NCBI GenBank assembly: GCA_910578985.1
Contig: CAJTSF010000007.1
Location: 3,177-67,176, forward strand
DNA length: 64,000 bases
From: an uncultured Odoribacter sp.
GTDB lineage: Bacteria > Bacteroidota > Bacteroidia > Bacteroidales > Marinifilaceae
Direction of reading: 5' to 3'
Part shown: one piece after another, positions 57,770 to 64,000 of the stretch
Numbering within the stretch: position 1 is the stretch's first letter
How the letters are laid out: each line of letters starts with the position of its first letter
Made by a program: the position numbers and the translations under genes
The notes under the pieces: model-generated
Database searches by the model: none
What the model was told of the DNA's origin: nothing
What the model saw: the letters and a program-made list of their open reading frames with translations, nothing else

Positions 57770-58786
57770 TTATTCCATCAGATGCTTCTGCCATTTCCAG
57801 GCATTCGCCAGGGTCTCCTCGATGGGCACCTCCGCCTTCCAGCCCAGCTCCCGGTTCGCCAGCGTGGTATCCGCCCACACCTGCTCGATGTCCCCCGCAC
57901 GCCGTCCCACGATTTTGTAATTCACCTTCTCCCCCGTCGCACGCTCGAACGCCCGGATGAGCTCCAGCACAGACAACCCGTTGCCTGTCCCGATGTTGAA
58001 ATACTCATAGTTCGCCTTGTTCTTCCCCTCCATCAGCCGCCGGATCGCCACCACATGCGCCCGTGCCAGGTCCACCACATCGATATAATCCCGGATGGCG
58101 GAACCGTCCGGCGTATGGTAATCATCCCCGAACACGCTCAACTGCTCCCGGATGCCCGCCACCGTCTGCGTCAGGTACGGAATCAGATTGTTCGGCACCC
58201 CGTTCGGCAACTCCCCGATGCACGCTGAGGGATGCGCCCCTATCGGGTTGAAATAGCGCAGCGCCAGCAGGTTCATCCCCTGCTCCACCTTCGCCACGTC
58301 CCGCAGGATATCCTCGCACATCGTCTTCGTATTCCCGTAGGGCGACTCCGCCGGCTTGCGCGGCGTCTGCTCCGTCACCGGCAACACGTCCGCCTGCCCG
58401 TACACCGTACACGACGACGAGAACACCAGATGCTTCACCCCGCACTCCCGCATCGACGCCAGCACATTCATCAACGAATTCAAATTATTGCGGTAATACT
58501 CCAACGGCTTCTGCACCGACTCCCCCACCGCCTTCAACGCCGCGAAATGAATCACCGCCCCGATGTCCCGGTGGCGGGCAAACAGCTCCCGCACCTTCTC
58601 CCCCTCCGTCAGGTCCAGCTCCTCGAACGCCGGGCGAACGCCCGTAATCCGCGCGATGCCGTCCAGCACCCCCGCATTCGAATTGCAAAGGTTATCCGCA
58701 ATCACCACCTCATAGCCGCTCTGCTGCAACTCCACCACCGTATGCGAACCGATATACCCGGTTCCGCCCGTAACCAATATCTTCAT
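57770..58786 (-). CDS. galE: UDP-glucose 4-epimerase
   Basis: 338 aa with MKILVTGGTGYIGSH and the catalytic YGNTK motif. Confidence 0.95.
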   Translation of the reverse strand: MKILVTGGTGYIGSHTVVELQQSGYEVVIADNLCNSNAGVLDGIARITGVRPAFEELDLTEGEKVRELFARHRDIGAVIHFAALKAVGESVQKPLEYYRNNLNSLMNVLASMRECGVKHLVFSSSCTVYGQADVLPVTEQTPRKPAESPYGNTKTMCEDILRDVAKVEQGMNLLALRYFNPIGAHPSACIGELPNGVPNNLIPYLTQTVAGIREQLSVFGDDYHTPDGSAIRDYIDVVDLARAHVVAIRRLMEGKNKANYEYFNIGTGNGLSVLELIRAFERATGEKVNYKIVGRRAGDIEQVWADTTLANRELGWKAEVPIEETLANAWKWQKHLME

Positions 58787-58910
58787 AAAATACCCTTTAG
58801 ATTGTCATGCAAAGTAAGCAATAAATCGCCGAATTTCCCCCTTAACGGAGAACGAAAAAAAAGAATATATTTTTTCTCTTCTTTAGTATTGAAATTCAAA
58901 TGTTTTTTAC

Positions 58911-58918
58911 TACTTTTG
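58911..58918 (+). promoter_or_regulatory. -7 box (TActTTTG) only 5 nt from the ATG of the next gene
   Basis: Exact TAnnTTTG match. Its last G is at 58918 and the ATG is at 58923, which implies a leaderless or near-leaderless transcript if the box is used. Confidence 0.35.
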
Positions 58919-58922
58919 TTGC

Positions 58923-59663
58923 ATGCACAGATATATAGAATACATATCCGACCTGCTTTATCTGCACGATTGCGTGATTCTCCCCGGATTCGGAGGCTTT
59001 ATATGCAATTACTCAAGCGCTTACGTAGATGAAAACAGCGGTATGATTTGCCCTCCCGGCAAAACGATTCTATTCAACCGTAACCTCACCCACAACGACG
59101 GACTGCTCGTCAGCTGGATTGCCGCCAAGGAAAATCTTCCCTACGACAAGGCGACCGCCCAGCTCTCCCTCTTCTGCGAGGACCTGAAAATCCGGCTCAA
59201 CCAGCAGCAGCGCGTCTCCTTCGGAGACATCGGCGTATTCTACACCGACCGCCGCTTCAACATCATCTTCGAGGACGGCAAGCACAACTTCTTCGCAGAC
59301 GCCCTCGGCATGGAACCCCTGCCCGCCGAAGCCGCACCCAAGACCAAACCGGCAGCGACACAGGCAACCGTGCGCACCGCCGCACCGGACATGTCCGCCT
59401 ACATCGACATGGCATCCTCCGGCAACGTCTTCCTGCGCCTGCTCAAATACGGGTTGGCAGCTGCCATCATCACCGGAGTTGTGGTCATCTCCCAACTGGA
59501 CATCTTCCACTTCCCCGCAGGAAACAAAATCACCCACAGCACCTCCATCCAACCCGAACTCTCCTCCGCCAAACGCGCGGCGGACGCCGTCACCTACGAC
59601 AGCGTCATCTCTCCCGCCCACGACTACGTGGACTATGATCCTATCGACGATTTAGCGTGGTGA
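58923..59663 (+). CDS. HU-CCDC81-type (HU-fold) domain protein with C-terminal TM segment
   Basis: 246 aa with ..LLYLHDCVILPGFGGFICNYSSA.. and ..RVSFGDIGVFYTD.., typical of the bacterial HU-CCDC81 domains. The TM segment is GLAAAIITGVVVISQL. Confidence 0.65.
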   Translation: MHRYIEYISDLLYLHDCVILPGFGGFICNYSSAYVDENSGMICPPGKTILFNRNLTHNDGLLVSWIAAKENLPYDKATAQLSLFCEDLKIRLNQQQRVSFGDIGVFYTDRRFNIIFEDGKHNFFADALGMEPLPAEAAPKTKPAATQATVRTAAPDMSAYIDMASSGNVFLRLLKYGLAAAIITGVVVISQLDIFHFPAGNKITHSTSIQPELSSAKRAADAVTYDSVISPAHDYVDYDPIDDLAW

Positions 59664-60375
59664 AGAACGCCACCACCGAAAAAAGAATATAAAGCGGTAT
59701 CACCATAAACAGCACCGCCCAACCCCACACGCACCCGCACACCGCCAAGGCACCCAGAAACAGATAACGCACCCGGTTCTCCCTCCATCCGAACCCCGAC
59801 ACTTTCAGCGAAAACATCGGCAACTCGCTCACCAACAACACCGACAGAATCACCGCACAGCATCCCAGCACCGTCACCGACGCAAACAGCCTCCCGTACA
59901 CCTCCGGCGCATACGCCGCACCCAGCACCGCCCCCACCCAGAACAACGCATGCGCGGGCGTCGGCATCCCGATGAACGACACCGACTGCCGCTCGTCCAG
60001 GTTGAACTTCGCCAGCCGGTACGCCGAAAACGCCGGAATCATCAACGGCGTCAGCGCCATCACCCGCTCCCACCCGCTCCAATCCTCCCAGCTCCACACA
60101 CTCCCCCCCGGCAACACTCCCAACATCAGCCCGTGAGCCAACACCGCCGGCGCCACCCCGAAACTCACCACATCCGCCAGCGAATCCAGCTCCTTCCCCA
60201 TCTCCGACTTCACATGCAGCAGGCGCGCCGCCATACCGTCGAAAAAGTCGAACACCATAGCCAGCAACACCAACGCCGCCGCCCAAACCGTCAGCCCGTA
60301 CATCGCCATAAAAATCGCCAGCGTCCCCGCCGTCGCATTCAGGCAGGTAATCCAATTGGGAATAAATCTTTTCAT
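59641..60375 (-). CDS. pssA: CDP-diacylglycerol--serine O-phosphatidyltransferase
   Basis: 244 aa with the CDP-alcohol phosphatidyltransferase motif DFFDGMAARLL..GKELDSLADVVSFG. Confidence 0.88.
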   Translation of the reverse strand: MKRFIPNWITCLNATAGTLAIFMAMYGLTVWAAALVLLAMVFDFFDGMAARLLHVKSEMGKELDSLADVVSFGVAPAVLAHGLMLGVLPGGSVWSWEDWSGWERVMALTPLMIPAFSAYRLAKFNLDERQSVSFIGMPTPAHALFWVGAVLGAAYAPEVYGRLFASVTVLGCCAVILSVLLVSELPMFSLKVSGFGWRENRVRYLFLGALAVCGCVWGWAVLFMVIPLYILFSVVAFFTTLNRR

Positions 60376-60379
60376 CGCA

Positions 60380-61402
60380 TCAAATCATAGGTACCACATA
60401 CTTCACCAGCAAATACCCGCCCCCGAACAGCCATCCAAAAAGCACCAGCGCCAGCACAAAAGGCTTCGCGCCCGCCTTCTTGAACTTCTCGATGCTGGTC
60501 TCCGCCCCCAAAGCCGTCATCGCCATCGTCAGCAAGAAAGTATCCAGGCTATTGATAAAATCGATAACCCCCTGAGGCAACAGATTCAACGAATTAAAAC
60601 CGATGACCGCCAGGAATCCCAGTGCGAACCACGGAATCACCACCTTCCTCTTCCCCTCTCCCTTCCCGCCTCCCCGCGCGGCAATGAAACCGATGACCAG
60701 CAACGCCGGCACCAGCATAATCACCCGAATCATTTTCACGATAATCGCCGCATCGGAAATCTCCTTTCCCATCGCATTTCCCGCCCCCACCACATGCGCC
60801 ACCTCATGCAGCGTGGCGCCCGTGTAAATCCCCATCTGCCCTGCCGTCAGCTCCACCGCCCCGTTCCGGTACAACACCGGATACAGGAACATCGCGAGCG
60901 TCCCGAAAATCACCACCGTCGAAACCGCCACCGCCGTCTTGTAAGGCTGCGTCTTGATGGTCGCTTCCGCTCCCAGCACCGCCGCCGCCCCGCATATCCC
61001 GCTCCCCACCGACGTCAGTAACGCCACCTCCTTGTCCATCTTCAGCAACCGCCCCACCAGCACGCCTCCGACAATCGTCACCGTCACGATAATCGCATCG
61101 ATGATAATCGCAGGAACCCCCACCTCCACGATATTCTGGAACGTCAGGCGAAACCCGTACAGGATAATGCCCAACCGCAACAACTGCTTCGAACAGAACA
61201 GGATACCCGGCACCCACGTCTCCGGCAGGCGGTTGCGCAGGCTGTTCGCATACAGCATGCCCAGCACGATACCGATAATCAGCGGACTGAACGACAACCG
61301 CCGGAAAAACGGGAAATCCCCGATATAAAACGCCGCACAGGAAAACAACGCAATCAACAGCACCCCGTGCAACATATTGCTTCTCTTTTCACTTACTTTC
61401 AT
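60380..61402 (-). CDS. YeiH/UPF0324-family membrane protein (putative sulfate exporter family)
   Basis: 340 aa and polytopic, with ..IGIVLGMLY.., ..LLRLGIILYGFRLTF.. and ..GATLHEVAHVVGAG.. Confidence 0.8.
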   Translation of the reverse strand: MKVSEKRSNMLHGVLLIALFSCAAFYIGDFPFFRRLSFSPLIIGIVLGMLYANSLRNRLPETWVPGILFCSKQLLRLGIILYGFRLTFQNIVEVGVPAIIIDAIIVTVTIVGGVLVGRLLKMDKEVALLTSVGSGICGAAAVLGAEATIKTQPYKTAVAVSTVVIFGTLAMFLYPVLYRNGAVELTAGQMGIYTGATLHEVAHVVGAGNAMGKEISDAAIIVKMIRVIMLVPALLVIGFIAARGGGKGEGKRKVVIPWFALGFLAVIGFNSLNLLPQGVIDFINSLDTFLLTMAMTALGAETSIEKFKKAGAKPFVLALVLFGWLFGGGYLLVKYVVPMI

Positions 61403-61427
61403 ATCTGAACCGAATTAAAATTTCACG

Positions 61428-62477
61428 TCATTCCCGGATTTCCCCCTTATACGCCACCATCTTCACCAAGGTTCGCTTGTTCTTGTGCACGTCCGACACC
61501 CAGAACACCGAATCCGACTGCGCATAAATGCGCTCGGGCTGTGAGAAAGCATACCCCTTGACCGACTTCAACTGCTTCACCCACTCCCCCCGGCGGCAAT
61601 CGTATATATTCACGGCATTGTTATCCCCCGTGGCATACCACCGTTCCGCTGTCAGCGCCAACGTCTTCGGCTTGAAATCCAACGCCAGGGCAAGGTCGTC
61701 CCTGTCGATGACGCCCCCGTTCTCGAAACCGTCGTTCACCAGCGCCGGGTCGAGCACCCGTATCTTCTTCCCTTCATAATCCGTCAGCAGGATATGCCCC
61801 TCCGCATCGAGCGTCATCGTATGGGGGGCAAAACCGTTATTCCCCGGGCTGCCGTTGCCGGACGCCTGGCGGTAGCGGTTCACCTTCTGGTCATTCTCCG
61901 GCGTGGCGTCCGCCTCCCGGTAAACGCTCACCTTCCCGTCCTTGTCGCGGGCAAAGACAAGCCCGCCCGTCACGGCGACCGCCTGCGCCTGGAACACCGG
62001 TCCCGACCACTGCCCGTTGCCGATGCAGGTCACATACTCCAGCCCCGGCAGACGGAACACGTGGATGCGCGACTGACGTTCGGCGACATACAGGCGGTCC
62101 CCCGCCGGCACAATCGCCTCGATCGGACTCCCGAACCCCCGCTCCGCGCCACCCGCCATCCAAGACTTCACCGTCCGCAGCAGGCGCTCCTCCCCCAACC
62201 CGTACACCAGCAGGCTATGCCCCGCCTGTCCCATGTTCGCGATGAAAAGCGTATCCCCCACGTGGGCGACCGCATTCGGCGTAAAATCCTCCGCCGCCCC
62301 CATCCCCAACTCCTCCGCGCCAATCAGCCGCGCCGCCTCATACGAATAATACCAATGACTCGTCCCTTCCCCGCTCACATCGCCGGGCAACAACTCGCCC
62401 ATGCCGGGATAATCCTTCCCGCAGGCGGCAACCAGCAACCCCGCAAACGCCAGCAGTCCATACATATATACTCTCAT
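61428..62477 (-). CDS. Lipoprotein with beta-propeller-like repeats (paralogue of the C-terminal half of the next gene)
   Basis: 349 aa with the lipobox LVAAC. TCIGNGQWSGP.. aligns with TCVGNGKWGTG.. in the neighbouring gene. Confidence 0.6.
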   Translation of the reverse strand: MRVYMYGLLAFAGLLVAACGKDYPGMGELLPGDVSGEGTSHWYYSYEAARLIGAEELGMGAAEDFTPNAVAHVGDTLFIANMGQAGHSLLVYGLGEERLLRTVKSWMAGGAERGFGSPIEAIVPAGDRLYVAERQSRIHVFRLPGLEYVTCIGNGQWSGPVFQAQAVAVTGGLVFARDKDGKVSVYREADATPENDQKVNRYRQASGNGSPGNNGFAPHTMTLDAEGHILLTDYEGKKIRVLDPALVNDGFENGGVIDRDDLALALDFKPKTLALTAERWYATGDNNAVNIYDCRRGEWVKQLKSVKGYAFSQPERIYAQSDSVFWVSDVHKNKRTLVKMVAYKGEIRE

Positions 62478-62510
62478 CTCCGTACTCTTTTATTAAGGTG
62501 TCACACACTA

Positions 62511-64000
62511 TCATTTCAAATCACTCATGGGAACGGCATACACGCACGCCCCCTCCTTCGCCCGGTCCACCACGAACAACGTGTGGCGGCGGATGCAAAA
62601 CTTCTCGGGACTCTGCAAGGTAATCTCTCCCACCGTCGTATAATCCTTCACGATTTCCCCCGTCTCCGGGTCGGCTTCGCAGAATTTCTCCGTCCCGTTC
62701 GAACTCACGAACATCCTCCCCTCATAAAAATCCAGCGCATAAGGGGCATTCTTGTAAACCAGCTGTTTCACCGTCGCGAACGCCGTCCCCTCGCGCAAAT
62801 CCCCCGGATTGAACACATCGATGCGCTTGGCGGGATGCGTCGCGTAAAGCAACCCCGTCCGCCCGTCAATGCCCATGCCATACGTCCCGGTAGCCTCTCC
62901 TAAGTTCGGGGAACGGGTATAAATCCGTGGCGCCTTGCCGGCTTCCATGATCCGCTCCTCCACCACATTCACCCAACGCTTGTCCCGAATCAGGACCACT
63001 CCCTTATGCTGCAACACATCGAAGGCATGCACCGTCTGCGTCGCACCCGTCCCCCACTTGCCGTTGCCGACACAAGTGAAAAAACCGTGCGTCGTCGCGT
63101 CGAAAATCTCCGTCCGGCTGCCCTCATGCGTCACATAAATCTTCCCGTTCGCGCGGGTCACCCCGTTCGGGCGTCCCGTAAAACTCTCCGTGACATCCCC
63201 GTTCGTCCACTCCCGGATGCTCCCTACATGCTCCACCTTACCGTCCCCCATGCCGAACACCTCCAGGCTGTAATGCCCGTCCGCATCGTTCACCACATAC
63301 AGCGCAGCCCCGTAAGCATAGACATCCTTCGGGCGGAACGTCGCTGCCGTGGCGCCCGGCACATCCCTGTAATCCAGCCGGAACGACAGCGCCACCCCGT
63401 CATTCCCTCCCCGGTCCTCCTCCCCCCGCATCGGGGACAGGCCGCCGTCGAGGGCATCCAGTTCCGGGTCCTCGATGATATACTTCGAAGCCACATAAAT
63501 ATCGTCGAAATACCGGTTCTCACACTTCCGGGTATGCAGGAAACGGCGGGAATAGACGGGCAGCTCCTTGTCCCGCGACAACTCCACGTACACCTTGTTG
63601 CACAGCGTGACCCACCCCGGTCCCGTCTGCTCGTAGGTCATATTCCCCGCATGCCCGTATCCCAGACAATGCGCGAACTCGTGGTAAATGGTCTCCGTGA
63701 TACTCTTGTCGTCCGCATAATGCTCCAGATAACAACTCTCATGAATGCCGAAAGTCGTTCCGCCTCCCAGCCCCATCACCCCCGTCGTATAGCCGAACAG
63801 CAGTCCTGCGTGGTTTATCGCCTTCTGCAACAGGGCATCCTTGTCGATAACCGCCTTGTCGTTATTGCTGTGCAGCGGTCCGAACTCACGCAACGCCCTC
63901 GCGAACCGCTCCGACGAAAACATATAACTCATGTTCAGCGCTATCGCCACCGCCTCGCGCGTGTGCGAAGCCATCATCTTGTACTTCCAGTTCTGATGCG
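62511..64000 (-). CDS. Putative metzincin-type zinc metallopeptidase fused to a beta-propeller-like domain (5' end probably outside the window)
   Basis: HEFAHCLGYGH (HExxHxxGxxH) is encoded at 63651..63683. The reading frame stays open from 63977 to the window edge (..HQNWKYKMMASH), and the listed M lacks a signal peptide. Confidence 0.6.
   Translation of the reverse strand, partial: HQNWKYKMMASHTREAVAIALNMSYMFSSERFARALREFGPLHSNNDKAVIDKDALLQKAINHAGLLFGYTTGVMGLGGGTTFGIHESCYLEHYADDKSITETIYHEFAHCLGYGHAGNMTYEQTGPGWVTLCNKVYVELSRDKELPVYSRRFLHTRKCENRYFDDIYVASKYIIEDPELDALDGGLSPMRGEEDRGGNDGVALSFRLDYRDVPGATAATFRPKDVYAYGAALYVVNDADGHYSLEVFGMGDGKVEHVGSIREWTNGDVTESFTGRPNGVTRANGKIYVTHEGSRTEIFDATTHGFFTCVGNGKWGTGATQTVHAFDVLQHKGVVLIRDKRWVNVVEERIMEAGKAPRIYTRSPNLGEATGTYGMGIDGRTGLLYATHPAKRIDVFNPGDLREGTAFATVKQLVYKNAPYALDFYEGRMFVSSNGTEKFCEADPETGEIVKDYTTVGEITLQSPEKFCIRRHTLFVVDRAKEGACVYAVPMSDLK

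Overview
This window looks like an ordinary chromosomal segment of a GC-rich member of the Bacteroidota, order Bacteroidales. The evidence is a SusC/SusD pair, TAnnTTTG -7 promoter boxes, no Shine-Dalgarno signals, and many Bacteroidetes-specific DUF families. An Alistipes/Rikenellaceae-like origin is only a guess from composition. I support about 50 protein genes, one tRNA-Ser(GGA), and several hairpin terminators and promoter boxes. I saw no rRNA, CRISPR array, transposase, integrase or recognisable defence system.

Gene content, left to right:
- mtaB (partial), lpxB, and the conserved parA-parB-DUF5683-lytic transglycosylase block
- a BatA-domain membrane protein, an AlkD-like repair protein, an ABC-F ATPase and tilS
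- gap and a gcvT-serC-serA-DUF1015 operon
- a RecD-like helicase, DUF3822-rsmD, a frameshifted WbbI-like glycosyltransferase and gcvP
- a TamA/TamB-like pair and an orphan LuxR-type response regulator
- an ECF-sigma/FecR/SusC(STN)/SusD/DUF4843/PKD-like/TlpA/thioredoxin locus with no carbohydrate-active enzymes
- a Wzx-like flippase, a PduO-type adenosyltransferase, recG, aspA, galE, pssA and a YeiH-type transporter
- a tandem pair of beta-propeller paralogues, one of which carries a metzincin HExxHxxGxxH motif

Most unusual observations:
1. Three intergenic imperfect palindromes of about 140-160 bp (near 10.2, 29.2 and 49.8 kb). Each contains runs of four exactly 11-bp-phased tandem units.
2. 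An 84% identical 58-bp promoter block duplicated upstream of two different regulators.
3. A cluster of DnaA-box-like 9-mers between parA and the BatA-like gene.
4. A homopolymer frameshift in the glycosyltransferase.

All family assignments come from motifs I recognise by eye; no database search was possible. Many long ORFs in the supplied track are antisense shadows of real genes in GC-rich DNA, and I rejected them.
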